A DNA stretch of 64,000 bases from Phycisphaerae bacterium (lineage in GTDB: Bacteria > Planctomycetota > Phycisphaerae > SM23-33): NCBI GenBank assembly GCA_018335035.1, contig JAGXKT010000010.1, positions 28 through 64,027 on the forward strand. The letters run 5' to 3'. Positions 1-9,758 of this stretch are shown here, piece by piece. Each line of letters begins with the position of its first letter. The stretch's first letter is position 1. Below the pieces are notes generated by a model. That model saw only the letters and a list, made by a program, of their open reading frames with translations. It searched no databases and was not told the origin of the DNA. Both the position numbers and the translations under genes were made by a program.

Positions 1-1031
1 GTCGTCGGTTCGGGCACCGTCGCGATCCAAGCTTCCGTATCACCTTCAGGGTTCGTGCCCGTACCCACGATAACGCCACCGTCATGCGAGACACCGGCCG
101 CCTCTGTCAACGTCCAGCCGGCCAGGTCGACCCCCTCGTCCGTGAGCACTTCGGTCACGGCGTGCATGCCACTCGCGGCATCCCACACGAAGGCGCGTTG
201 CTCGCCCGAGCCGTTCTGGCTGTGGCCGACCACTACGGCGCCATTGGCAGAGACGGCCTTGGCGCGACTATCCAGGTACGCGTTCTCGTCGCTGAGAAAC
301 CCCAATCCTGTCATGCCGTCACCGTCGGCCCATCGGAAGGCTTCGTACTTATCGTTGCTATTGCGGCTGAAGCCGACCACCACGCTACCATCTCCAGAGA
401 CCGCGTGGGCCTTGCTGTACGGCTCCTCGGAAGCCAGCCCGCCGAGGTGGTCGGGGTCGTTGTGCCCCGCGACCCAGCGGAGGGCCTGGTAGGTCCACTC
501 GGACCATCCCACGATGACCGCGCCGTCGTCCGAGGCGCCGCGCGCTTTGTCGAAGTCGCTGAGTTCCACCATGCCACCGTCAGCGGTCCAACGAAAGCCC
601 TTGCTGTTACTGCGGCCTACGACGACGTCACCGTCTCCGGAGACGGCGTAGGCCTTGGCATTGTCGCCCACACTGCTCATGCCGCTCCCGGCGACCCAGC
701 GAAAGGCCGTATAGTCGGCATCATCCAGCGTATAGCCAACCACGACGCTCCCATCGGCCGAAACGCCACAGGCCTCGCTGCTGTCGTCACCCGTAAATGC
801 ACCGAGCCCCACAATTCCGGTCGCTTGAGTCCACCGAAATGCTTCGCTTGAGTACTCGCTGCTGGAATACCCCACAACCGCTGTCCCATCAGCAGACACA
901 CCTGTCGCCACGCTGACGTATGCGCCTTGGGGCAGGTCGCCTAAGCCCTCGAAACTCGCTGCCGACGCTCCTTGGCCATAAACACAGGCGCTCGCGCAGC
1001 ACAAAACCACACACACATGGTGATTCCACAT
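1..1031 (-). CDS. HAF-family extracellular repeat protein; N-terminus and signal peptide are in the window, the 3' end runs off the left edge
   Basis: ATG is the reverse complement of 1029-1031. Translation: MWNHHVCVVLCCASACVYGQGASAASFEGLGDLP, then repeated G..VVGYS...AFRW..GMxxLG units typical of the HAF repeat (TIGR02913-like). No stop before position 1. Absent from the ORF track because it is incomplete. Confidence 0.6.
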   Translation of the reverse strand, partial: MWNHHVCVVLCCASACVYGQGASAASFEGLGDLPQGAYVSVATGVSADGTAVVGYSSSEYSSEAFRWTQATGIVGLGAFTGDDSSEACGVSADGSVVVGYTLDDADYTAFRWVAGSGMSSVGDNAKAYAVSGDGDVVVGRSNSKGFRWTADGGMVELSDFDKARGASDDGAVIVGWSEWTYQALRWVAGHNDPDHLGGLASEEPYSKAHAVSGDGSVVVGFSRNSNDKYEAFRWADGDGMTGLGFLSDENAYLDSRAKAVSANGAVVVGHSQNGSGEQRAFVWDAASGMHAVTEVLTDEGVDLAGWTLTEAAGVSHDGGVIVGTGTNPEGDTEAWIATVPEPT

Positions 1032-1319
1032 CCCCGGCTCCTTTTCCTTTAGGGTTGTGTGATACGCCCCCGGGCCTCCCCCGTAGGGCTGTCATGAGCG
1101 TCGTATTGTATGCCACAAGCCCAATCTGTCAATAGCACGCTTGAAAAAATCTTGTCAACCCTTGTGTCTAATTTCTTCAGGGGGCGGAACGTTGGCGCGC
1201 CGGTACCATCGGGGTGGGTTTGCCGAAGACGTCACGCTCGACGCCGCATTCGTCGTGGGCGCAGCCCATTGGCCGTATCTGGCTCTGGGAAGGCCGAGAA
1301 TATCGGCGAGTTGCCACGC

Positions 1320-1889
1320 TCACGTCGCGACTGCTTGCTCCACCCATTCACAGAGTACGTGGTAGATCGCCACGTGCCCTTGCTGGACGTGCGCCGTCGT
1401 ATCGGCCGGCACGTTAAGCAGGACGTCGGCGAACTCGGCGCACTTGCCACCCCTTCGCCCGGTCAAGGCGATGGTCGTCATCTGCATCTCGCGTGCCTTG
1501 GACAGGCCCGTAACCACGTTCGCCGAGTCACCCGACGTGCTCAGAGCGACAGCGACGTCGCGCGCGGCGGCCTTGGCCTCCAGTTGACGCGCGAAGACGG
1601 CCTCGTAGCCGTAATCGTTTCCAAGCGCGGTCAGCACGGCGGAATCGGCATTGAGCGCCTCGGCCCGAAAGCCGTGCCGTTCCATCGCGAATCGCCCGAC
1701 AAACTCGGCGGCGATATGCTGGGCATCACAGGCCGACCCCCCATTGCCGAACAGGAAGATGCCACGCCGTTGCCGAACCGCCTCGGTCAGGATGTCGGCC
1801 GCGTGTGCGATACTGCCTTCCAGGTGCAACGGTATAGCGCGGATCGCCTCGGCCGCTTCGTCGAACCGTTTCGATAGCTCTGTAGACAT
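1320..1889 (-). CDS. gmhA: Phosphoheptose isomerase (SIS domain; GmhA/DiaA family)
   Basis: FLFGNGGSACDAQHIAAEF matches the GmhA signature. Start moved to the internal ATG (MSTELSKRF), which has GGAGAG 6 nt upstream. The longer track ORF (1982) has an R-rich N-extension. Confidence 0.7.
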   Translation of the reverse strand: MSTELSKRFDEAAEAIRAIPLHLEGSIAHAADILTEAVRQRRGIFLFGNGGSACDAQHIAAEFVGRFAMERHGFRAEALNADSAVLTALGNDYGYEAVFARQLEAKAAARDVAVALSTSGDSANVVTGLSKAREMQMTTIALTGRRGGKCAEFADVLLNVPADTTAHVQQGHVAIYHVLCEWVEQAVAT

Positions 1890-2120
1890 CGCACTCTCCT
1901 CGCGAGGCACAGTATTCCATACGGCGGACCGCCCTGCCAGCCCATTGCTCCGAAGAGCTTGGCTCGTGCACGTGCCTGACATGGCTGGCCTTCGCGTAAG
2001 CCAGCGCCGATCAAAACGTACGTCGATTCAACCACCACGGCAGGTCCGGCAAGGCAACAAGCGTGTCGCGCCGTAAACTATGGGGCGCGGCGCGAGCCGC
2101 GTCACCGCGAAGGCAGATAC

Positions 2121-2521
2121 ATGCGAATCATCAACGTCGCCGGAGCCCGTCCGAATTTCATGGAGATCATCCAGCGGGACCTGCTCATCGTTTTACCATC
2201 CATCCGCGGACGCGGAAGGACCTCCCACGGCTTGGCCTGGCCGAGCGCACCGAGCGCATGGCGAATCTGTGGCTGATCGACCCGGCCGGCTACCTGGACT
2301 TCCTCAAGCTGACGGCCGAGTCACGGCGCGTGCTGACCGACTCCGGCGGCATTCAGGAGGAAACCACGATCCTGACGGTCCCCTGCATCGCGCTACGGGG
2401 AAGCACTGAACGGCCGGTGACGGTCGAGAGCGGATCATATCAACTTGCGGGGACCAACCCGGAAGCGATTCTGGCGGCCTATCGCAGGATCGCCGACGGC
2501 GCGCCCTGCACAGGCGTCCGA
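2121..2521 (+). pseudogene. wecB: UDP-N-acetylglucosamine 2-epimerase (WecB) remnant: intact start plus 17 N-terminal codons joined out of frame to the C-terminal ~115 residues, and 3'-truncated at the GH55 stop
   Basis: Frame 0 from 2121 reads MRIINVAGARPNFMEII (WecB N-terminus, AAGG 8 nt upstream), then nonsense and a stop. Frame +2 from ~2185 reads FTIHPRTRKDLPRLGL...LIDPAGYLDFLKL...VLTDSGGIQEE...RGSTERPVTVESGSYQLAGTNPEAILAAYRRIADG, i.e. WecB residues ~245-350. The terminal NPYGDG block is missing, and this frame runs straight into the antisense of the GH55 gene. Confidence 0.5.
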
Positions 2522-4411
2522 CTACTCGCGGCCCGTGGCGGATTCGTTGATCGCGCTGTACAGGCCGACGTTCAGCGTGTTGGGGGCGACGCGGAATTCC
2601 TTCACCTGATCGCCGCGGATTTCGATCGCGTGAAGCGCCCGCGCCTTGCCCGGCGCCCATGCGAAGTGGAAGTAGCTGGCTGTCAAGGACGCGTCCTTGG
2701 TGATGAAGTACGGCACCCCCGTGGACAGATCCACCCCCTCCAGCGGCGGCTTGCCGCGCCATTGATAAGACTCCGGCCCGCGGTGGTCGCGGAAGAAGCC
2801 GCCGAACACCTCCGTCCGCCCGCCGTCGGTGGTTACGACGTGGACGGCGGGGTCCTCCGTCTTGAACCCCATCAGGCAAACGTGCGCCCCGCGGTTGCGG
2901 ATGTACGTGCGCGGCAGTTTGCCGGGGCTGAACGGGTTGTTCTCCATGTCGCATTGACGGACGACAACGTGAGCCGGCGCCGTAAAGGTCGAATCGCCAA
3001 TCCCCTCGTCGATGAAGATCTTCCGCGCCTCCGGCGTGTTGCCATAGACGATCCAGCCGCAGGCGTTGAAGTAGACCGTTCGCGGCGTGGCGACCTGTGC
3101 GGCCAGCACGCGACGCGGCAGCCCCAGCCATTCGACGGCGATCGGGTGCTCGCCGTCGCCCTCGAAACGCAACACGGGCTTGCCCTGACCGGCGAAGCGC
3201 CGGCGACTGACGCGAATGGCCGCACCGAGCCCGACGATGCGCCGCACCGCCCCGCGAACGCGAATCGTATCGCTGACGCGGTAGTTCCCGCCCGGCGTGA
3301 ACAGCAGCGTCTGCGCGCCGGAGTCTATCGCGGCCTGGATCGCCTCCGTGTCGTCCCCGGCCGAGTCGTCGACAACCTTCCACCGCGACTTGGGCTCGAC
3401 GAACACCGTGGGCGGGCTGTCGACCAGGTCCAGGCCGCGAACGGGCGTGTCGTCGTAGACCGTGTGCGTGCGGCCGAGGATTGTCTCGGCGATCGCGTCG
3501 CCGGCAACGACCTCGTCGCCTTCGCGCAAGGCCGCGGCGTAGCCGGCGGTCTTGACGCGGCGTAGAACGGCCGCGCCCCGAACATGCTCAATGGCGCAAT
3601 GCGCGCCGTCGCCGCCGGTCAGCGTCGCGTCCACGAGGGCAAGGTTCGCCTTCGCGCCGTCGTTTCGGATCGCGGGCACCTTGTTGATACTGACGAAATT
3701 CTGAATGGTCACCGGGAAGCGGTTCAGCATGCCCAGCGTGTTCTGGTTCTTGAGCGTGATGTCCACCAGCGTGCCGTGCGAAACCTGGTCGAGGGTCTTG
3801 ATGCCGACGTCGAAGCCCTCAACGGTCACGCGGCGGAGCATGCCGGGCCCGAACTCCGTGGACGACATGTCCACGCCCACGACCCCGCTGCCGTCGCCGG
3901 AGCGGACGACCACGTCGCCGAGGATGCCCTGATTGTGCGTGGTGTACATCACGCCGATCGCGCCGGGGTTGCCCGTGCCGGTATCGACGGTCAGATGGAG
4001 GATGTAGTTCGCGAACGCCGCGTTCGCACGGCTGTCGTTGCCATAGGTGCCCTCGGCATGAGCCGTCCACAACACGGGCTTGGGCGTGTCGGGATCGCCG
4101 AACCCGCCGCAACGGTCCTTCAGCTTGATCGTCGTCTTACCGGCACCGGCGCCGATGAGCTTCTTGCGTTGCGCCCAGCCGATCGTGCCGCTGACCAGAT
4201 ACGTCCCCTCCGGCACGTAGATCACCCGGGCGCCGGAGACGGCTTTCTTGAACGCGGCCGTGTCGTCCGTCACACCGTCGCCGACGGCACCCGCGCGGCG
4301 AACGTTCCGCCAACCGCCGACGGGGAAGTCCTCGTCGCGAATCGGCGTCGCGGCGTGGGCGTGAGTGGCCCCGACCGCCGCGACACACAGCAACCGTCCG
4401 ATCTTGTTCAT
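2522..4411 (-). CDS. Secreted glycoside hydrolase family 55-like (pectate-lyase-superfamily double beta-helix; putative exo-beta-1,3-glucanase)
   Basis: Signal peptide MNKIGRLLCVAAVGATHAHAATP. Two beta-helix domain starts: GAVGDGVTDDTAAFKKAV and DDSAGDDTEAIQAAIDSGAQTLLFTPG. Paralogous to 4470..8030 and 12349..14262. Confidence 0.8.
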   Translation of the reverse strand: MNKIGRLLCVAAVGATHAHAATPIRDEDFPVGGWRNVRRAGAVGDGVTDDTAAFKKAVSGARVIYVPEGTYLVSGTIGWAQRKKLIGAGAGKTTIKLKDRCGGFGDPDTPKPVLWTAHAEGTYGNDSRANAAFANYILHLTVDTGTGNPGAIGVMYTTHNQGILGDVVVRSGDGSGVVGVDMSSTEFGPGMLRRVTVEGFDVGIKTLDQVSHGTLVDITLKNQNTLGMLNRFPVTIQNFVSINKVPAIRNDGAKANLALVDATLTGGDGAHCAIEHVRGAAVLRRVKTAGYAAALREGDEVVAGDAIAETILGRTHTVYDDTPVRGLDLVDSPPTVFVEPKSRWKVVDDSAGDDTEAIQAAIDSGAQTLLFTPGGNYRVSDTIRVRGAVRRIVGLGAAIRVSRRRFAGQGKPVLRFEGDGEHPIAVEWLGLPRRVLAAQVATPRTVYFNACGWIVYGNTPEARKIFIDEGIGDSTFTAPAHVVVRQCDMENNPFSPGKLPRTYIRNRGAHVCLMGFKTEDPAVHVVTTDGGRTEVFGGFFRDHRGPESYQWRGKPPLEGVDLSTGVPYFITKDASLTASYFHFAWAPGKARALHAIEIRGDQVKEFRVAPNTLNVGLYSAINESATGRE

Positions 4412-4469
4412 CGCGCCACGCCTTTCGCCGGTCGTGGGCCACCTGTCGCGCGCACCGGGGATGCGGCGC

Positions 4470-7400
4470 CTACTTGGTCAACATCGCCGCGCCCCAGGTC
4501 ACCGGCTTCTTGAAGCCCTGGTCCTTGCTCTTGTCGGACAGGAACTGCGCCGCCGACTTTCCGTCGTCGATGATGACGACGTTGAAGCTGACTTTCGTGT
4601 CGGGCGTCATCTTCGCCGGGCGCAGCAGCCGCGCCGGAATTATGAACTCGATGGCGTAGCCGTTGGACGTCTTGGCCCACGCCGCCTTGATGAGGTTCTG
4701 CCACGGGCGGTCGTATCCCCAGACCTCCAACGCCGCATCGCCCGGCTTGCCACTGGCCGCCGGACCGACGGTCAGTTGCATCGTCTTGCCGTCCTTCTCG
4801 GCGCGGGCGAAATCCTTCTCGATGAACACCTCGACGCAGTCGGCCTTGTACAGGTCGTAGTCTGCGCCGGCGATGGAATCATCCACAACCAAGGCCGAGC
4901 CGTACAGCCCCTGGTCGGACCATGCGAACCGCACGCCGCTGGCCTGGACGCCTTCGAAGGGCATCGGCAGAGATGCCACACCCTTCCAGTCGTCCAGGTC
5001 GCCGTCGATGGCGATCTCGCGGGGGGCCTTGGGCAGTTCAAGCGGGCTGTCCACCGTGCCTGCCCCGCCGACGGCGCCGGCGCCGACAGGCGGACTGGCG
5101 GGATGGCCTTCTTCGCCCAGCACGAAGATCTGCCGAACCGCCTCGGGGCCCGGCAGCGCGTGGCCGTCCTTGAAGCACCGCGCGCGAAGCTTGCAGCTCT
5201 TCTTGACCGTGATCGGCGCGGTGTACAACGTCGCGTCCTTGTCGGGCGCGGAGCCATCCAGCGTGTAGCGGATGTTCGCGTCCTTGCTGCCGCCGCCTTT
5301 GACCTGAACGGCCAGCGCGACGTTGACAGCACCGTCCTCTGCCTTGGCGTCCTGGGTGCTGTCGACCCCAACGGACCATCGCGCCCCGTGGCTCAAGGCC
5401 GAGTCCGGAATGGGCTCTTCGTCGGCGCCGGGGACTTTCCACATGACCTTCAGCCCCTGCCCGCCGCGGCTCTCAAAGAAGCCCACGCGGATGGGATGCT
5501 TGCCGGCCTCGAGGTTGATCTTGCCGGACGCGGTGAGCATGCCGTGCGGCAGGTCGTTGTCCACGACCAGCTCGTCGCCGATGTACAGCACGCTTCCATC
5601 GTCCGAGGCGGTGTAGAACGTATACATGCCCTCGCGCGGCACCTCCACGTAGCCCTCGAACCACAGGGCGAAGTTATCGTCGGCCGAAGCCATCTCCAGC
5701 CCGAAGTTCTTGACGACGCCTTTGCTCTTGGGGTCATGCTCGTCGGGATCGGGCACGGCGCCCCACCCGCCCTCGTAATACGTGTAGCGCACGCCCGGCG
5801 TGGTGGCCGGCGGGTGCGCCGCCTTCCGCGGACGGACGAACCGATACGTCTGCCGCCCGACGCCGCCGCCCTGATCGCCCCAGAAGCAGCGTGCGGTGAC
5901 CGTTGTGGTCTCGTCCAGCGTGAACGGGCCGGTGTAGCGCTTGGAATCGAGCGTCGGCTTGCTGCCGTCCAGCGTGTAGCGAACGGCGACGTCTTCGCTC
6001 GTGACGCCGGCGGGCAGTTCCAGCGAGACGGTGACGTTCTCGCCGTGCGGCCAGGTGGCGCCTTTCGGCTGCACTGCCGGCCAGCGGCGGCGCATGCGGT
6101 CGTCCGGCGTGGCGGCCTCGTTGATCGCGCTGTAGAGCCCGAGGTTGAGGTTGTTCGGCGGGACGCGGAATTCCTCCACCTGGTCGCCGCGAATCTCGAT
6201 GCCTTGCAGCGCCCGGGCCTTCCCGCCGGCCCAGGCATACTGGAAATACGTGGCCGTCAGGGACGCGTCCTTCGTGATCCAGTACGGCACGCCGGCGGAC
6301 ATATCCACGCCAGGCAGCGGCGGCGCGCCGTGCCATTCGTAATCCGTCGGACCGAAGTGATCGCGGAAGAACCCGCCGAGCACCTCGGTCTTTCCGCCGT
6401 CGGTGGTCACGGCGTGGACGGCCGGCGCTTCGGTCTTGAACCCGAGCACGCAGACGTCGGCGCCGCGATTGCGGATGTAGGTACACGGCAGTTTGCCGTC
6501 ACCGAAGGGGTTGTTCTCCATGTTGCACTGGCGGATGACGACCTTCGCCGGGGCGACGAACATCGAATGGCCCATGCCCTCGTCGATGAAGATCTTCCGC
6601 GCCTCGGGTGTGTTGCGATAGCCCATGTAGCGGGTCGACTGGAAGTACACGGTTCGCGGCGTGGCGATCTCGGCGCCGATCGCGCCGTCGGCGGCGTTGA
6701 TCCACTCGACGGAGATCGGATGCTTCCCGTCGCCCTCGAACCGCATGACCGGCTTGTCGGCCTCGACGAACTCCCGCCCGGGCCCGCGAATGGTCGTGCC
6801 GAACCCGAAGCCGATCAGCCGCCGCACCTTGCCGCGAACGCGGATCGTGTCGGTCACGTCGTAATCGCCGCCCGGAATGAAGAACAACGTCTTGGCGCCC
6901 GAGTCGATCGCGGCCTGGATGGTCTCCGTGTCGTCTTCGGCCGAGTCGTCCACGACCTTCCACTGCGATCGCGGCTCCTCGAACACCGGCGGCGGGCTCT
7001 CGGCCAGACGCAGCGCCCGGATGGGCGTGCCGTCATAGACGCTGTGCTCCGGGCCGAGCACTCTCTCGTCAATCGACGCGCCGTCGATGACCTTGCCCTC
7101 GAGCTTCAGCGCGGCCTTGTAGCCGGCGGTTTTGACGTCGCTGAGCAGGCCCGACCCCTTGACCTGCTCGATGGCGCAGTGATCGGGCGACCCGCCGGTA
7201 AGCTTCGCGCCGACCATCGCCAGGTTGGCGATGCCGCCGTCGTTGCGGACGGCGGGCACCTTGTTGACGCTGACGAGGTTATGGATGGTCACCGGGAAGC
7301 GGTTGAGGATGCCCAGCTTGTTCTGATTCTTGAGCGTGATGTCCACGAGCGTTCCGTGCGAGACGTTGCCCGTGGTCTTGATGCCGATGTCGAAGCCCTC

Positions 7401-8030
7401 GATCGTCACGCGGCGGAGCATGCCGGGCCCGAACTCCGTGGACGACAGGTCGATCCCGATCGGGCCGCTGCCATCGCCCGAGCGAACGACCACATCGCCG
7501 ACGTAGCCGTAGTTGTGCGTCGTGTATTCGATGCCGACGGCGCCCGCGTTGCCCTTGCCCGTGTCCACGGTCAGATCAAGGATGTAGTTGCCGAACGCCG
7601 CGTTGGCGCGGCTATCCCGCCCGTAGTGGGCTTTCTTGTGCCCCGCCCAAAGCACCGGCTTGGACTTGCCACTGAACCGGTCGCAGTTGTCCTTGAGCTT
7701 GATGACGGTCTTGTCGGCCCCGTCGCCGACGAACCACGTCCGCCGCCCCCAGCCGATCGTGTCGCTGACCACGTACGTACCGGCCGGCACATAGATGACC
7801 ATGTACTCGAAGGGGTCCGTCTTGCGGGCCGAGAGGGCCTTGCGGAACGCCGCCGTGTCGTCCGTCACCCCGTCGCCCTTGGCGCCCTGGTTCTTGACGC
7901 TGCGCCATTCGCAGTACTTCTGGCTCTTGGGGAAATCCTCGGGGCGAACCGGCGTCGCCGCGCGGACCTGTGAACCAACCACGGCCGCCAGACACACGGC
8001 CAATCCCATCAGCTTCGTCATGCGTTGCAT
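4470..8030 (-). CDS. Multidomain secreted GH55-like hydrolase: GH55 core + PA14 + 2x chitobiase/hexosaminidase C-terminal-like (CHB_HEX_C) + CBM9-like
   Basis: Start set at ATG 8030 (MQRMTKLMGLAVCLAAVVGSQVRA), with AAAGGA 8 nt upstream; the track's 8054 is a GTG. GAKGDGVTDDTAAF and DDSAEDDTETIQAAIDSGAKTLFF motifs. PA14: GLEMASADDNFALWFEGYVEVPREGMYTFYTASDDGSVLYIGD. CHB_HEX_C-like: VRYTLDGSKPTLDSKRYTGPFTL...ARCF and IRYTLDGSAPDKDATLYTAPITV...ARCF. C-terminal CBM9-like: IDGDLDDWKGV...GYAIEFIIPARLL. Confidence 0.8.
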   Translation of the reverse strand: MQRMTKLMGLAVCLAAVVGSQVRAATPVRPEDFPKSQKYCEWRSVKNQGAKGDGVTDDTAAFRKALSARKTDPFEYMVIYVPAGTYVVSDTIGWGRRTWFVGDGADKTVIKLKDNCDRFSGKSKPVLWAGHKKAHYGRDSRANAAFGNYILDLTVDTGKGNAGAVGIEYTTHNYGYVGDVVVRSGDGSGPIGIDLSSTEFGPGMLRRVTIEGFDIGIKTTGNVSHGTLVDITLKNQNKLGILNRFPVTIHNLVSVNKVPAVRNDGGIANLAMVGAKLTGGSPDHCAIEQVKGSGLLSDVKTAGYKAALKLEGKVIDGASIDERVLGPEHSVYDGTPIRALRLAESPPPVFEEPRSQWKVVDDSAEDDTETIQAAIDSGAKTLFFIPGGDYDVTDTIRVRGKVRRLIGFGFGTTIRGPGREFVEADKPVMRFEGDGKHPISVEWINAADGAIGAEIATPRTVYFQSTRYMGYRNTPEARKIFIDEGMGHSMFVAPAKVVIRQCNMENNPFGDGKLPCTYIRNRGADVCVLGFKTEAPAVHAVTTDGGKTEVLGGFFRDHFGPTDYEWHGAPPLPGVDMSAGVPYWITKDASLTATYFQYAWAGGKARALQGIEIRGDQVEEFRVPPNNLNLGLYSAINEAATPDDRMRRRWPAVQPKGATWPHGENVTVSLELPAGVTSEDVAVRYTLDGSKPTLDSKRYTGPFTLDETTTVTARCFWGDQGGGVGRQTYRFVRPRKAAHPPATTPGVRYTYYEGGWGAVPDPDEHDPKSKGVVKNFGLEMASADDNFALWFEGYVEVPREGMYTFYTASDDGSVLYIGDELVVDNDLPHGMLTASGKINLEAGKHPIRVGFFESRGGQGLKVMWKVPGADEEPIPDSALSHGARWSVGVDSTQDAKAEDGAVNVALAVQVKGGGSKDANIRYTLDGSAPDKDATLYTAPITVKKSCKLRARCFKDGHALPGPEAVRQIFVLGEEGHPASPPVGAGAVGGAGTVDSPLELPKAPREIAIDGDLDDWKGVASLPMPFEGVQASGVRFAWSDQGLYGSALVVDDSIAGADYDLYKADCVEVFIEKDFARAEKDGKTMQLTVGPAASGKPGDAALEVWGYDRPWQNLIKAAWAKTSNGYAIEFIIPARLLRPAKMTPDTKVSFNVVIIDDGKSAAQFLSDKSKDQGFKKPVTWGAAMLTK

Positions 8031-8218
8031 AATCGTTCCTTTCTCACGCCTCACGACGTATCAGATTTCCGAAAACTCGGCCTATCGGCCGGGATCGTTG
8101 CGCCGCATCACCTGCTTGAACCGCTCAGACGGTCGGATGTTTCGGTCCCGGACTCGATCGCTTGTTACACATCATGAATTAGTGTATGCGTCGCGATGCG
8201 CGGCAAACGGCTGGCGCG

Positions 8219-9715
8219 TCATTCGACCACGTACTGCTGCGGCAGGTCACGCGGATACTCCTGGAGCGGCACGATGTCGCTGGTCGTCACGTACCAGTCC
8301 AACAGCGCCTGCTCCAGCGCGCTTTGCACCGCCGCGTATTCGTCGCTCCCGTGGACGTTGCGCAGCTCCCGGGGGTCCTGCGTCAGGTCATACAGCTCGT
8401 CCACGCCGAGCGGACGACGCACCAGCTTGTGGGTCCGCGTGCGGATCATCGCACACCGCGTGACTGTCTCCGGCCGCTCCTGTTGCATGCGAAGCTTCGC
8501 CCCCATGCGGTATGTGCCGCCGGCGGCCTCGACCCTGGCCTTGCGCGGCGCTTCGCGCGGCGGATGGCCTTCCAATGCGTGGACCTCGCGCCCGGGAAAG
8601 CCGTCGTAGCCGCCCTCGGCGAACACGGCCCGGTCCGGATCGCCCGGCGCCCCGCGAAGCTGCGGCACCAAGCTTCGCCCGAACTGCGTGTACGCCAGCG
8701 GCACGCCCGTCAGCTCGTGAATCGTGGCCGGCAGGTCCTGCAATTCCACCGGCTCGGCCACCACGTGGCCCGGCGTCACGCCCGGCGCCCGAATCAGCAA
8801 CGGCACACGCGTCAGGACGTCCTCCAGCCCGGACGGCCATTTCTCCACCAGCCCGTAGTCCCCCGCGTAGTCGCCGTGGTCCGAGAAGTAGACCAGCGCC
8901 GTATTCTCCGCCAGTCCCGAGGCGTCGAGGTACGCCATCATGCGGCCCAGCATCCAGTCCGCATACGAGACCATGCCGAGATACGTCGCGTTGACGCGGC
9001 GCATGATCTGTGGGTCGCGTTTTTCGGCCCCGCGGTGGCGGAAGTAGTCTCGCTTGACCGCGTGGTACAGCGGTTTGCCGGCGCCTTCCGGCGGGCGCAG
9101 CGCGGGGACGTCCTCGTGAGCGTACATGTCGTGCCACGGCGCCGGGGCGCAGTACGGCTCGTGCGGGTACAGCAGCGGCAGATACACCACGAACGGCTGG
9201 TCGTTGTGATTGCGGCGGCGGTCCTCCATGAATTCGATCGCCCGGTCGATGCGCCGACAGTCCGTGGACTCCTCCTGGGCGTAGTCCGTCGCCGGTTGAA
9301 GATGCGTCTCGGCGCGCGGGTCGTCCTGCTCGAATAGCCGCCCGGAACTCAGCCACGGTCCCGGCGTGTCGCGAAGCTCGCTGACCGACAGCGGAAACGA
9401 CTCGGGCGCCAGGCAATCGTTGTGCCCGCCATCCCAGTACACGTAGTAGCCCGCCTCCTTCAGCGACCGCAGAAGGTTCGGCTCCTCCGGCTGCAGCGGG
9501 TAAAACAGCGTCCGGTGCCCGCGTACGTGTGGATACCAGCCGGTCAGGAACGAGCACCGCGACGGCCCGCACACCGTGTGCTGTGCGTGGCATTGATCGA
9601 ACCGTACCCCCTCGTGCGCCAGACGATCCATGTTCGGCGTCTGAACCAGCGGATGCCCGTAGCACCCGACGCTTTCGGCACGCATCTCGTCCGGGTTCAA
9701 CAGGATGATATTCAT
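8219..9715 (-). CDS. Sulfatase (formylglycine-dependent arylsulfatase family), no signal peptide
   Basis: Sulfatase signature CGPSRCSFLTG. N-terminus MNIILLNPDEMRAE is the conserved 'PNIIlilaDdlg' block at residue 2. Only 43 bp separate the start from the upstream gene, so there is no room for a leader. Confidence 0.85.
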   Translation of the reverse strand: MNIILLNPDEMRAESVGCYGHPLVQTPNMDRLAHEGVRFDQCHAQHTVCGPSRCSFLTGWYPHVRGHRTLFYPLQPEEPNLLRSLKEAGYYVYWDGGHNDCLAPESFPLSVSELRDTPGPWLSSGRLFEQDDPRAETHLQPATDYAQEESTDCRRIDRAIEFMEDRRRNHNDQPFVVYLPLLYPHEPYCAPAPWHDMYAHEDVPALRPPEGAGKPLYHAVKRDYFRHRGAEKRDPQIMRRVNATYLGMVSYADWMLGRMMAYLDASGLAENTALVYFSDHGDYAGDYGLVEKWPSGLEDVLTRVPLLIRAPGVTPGHVVAEPVELQDLPATIHELTGVPLAYTQFGRSLVPQLRGAPGDPDRAVFAEGGYDGFPGREVHALEGHPPREAPRKARVEAAGGTYRMGAKLRMQQERPETVTRCAMIRTRTHKLVRRPLGVDELYDLTQDPRELRNVHGSDEYAAVQSALEQALLDWYVTTSDIVPLQEYPRDLPQQYVVE

Positions 9716-9758
9716 CGTAATCTCGCCCGACCCGGCGGATTCCCCGGGAAAGAAGACC

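Noticed and set aside
2063-3565. 500-aa plus-strand ORF
   Set aside because: Only its first ~450 bp (the wecB fragment) is meaningful. The rest is antisense to GH55 gene 1.
4365-7973. 1202-aa plus-strand ORF
   Set aside because: Antisense shadow of the GH55 multidomain gene. R/A/G/V-rich low-complexity translation with no motifs. The minus-strand frame has a signal peptide, an SD site and strong family motifs.
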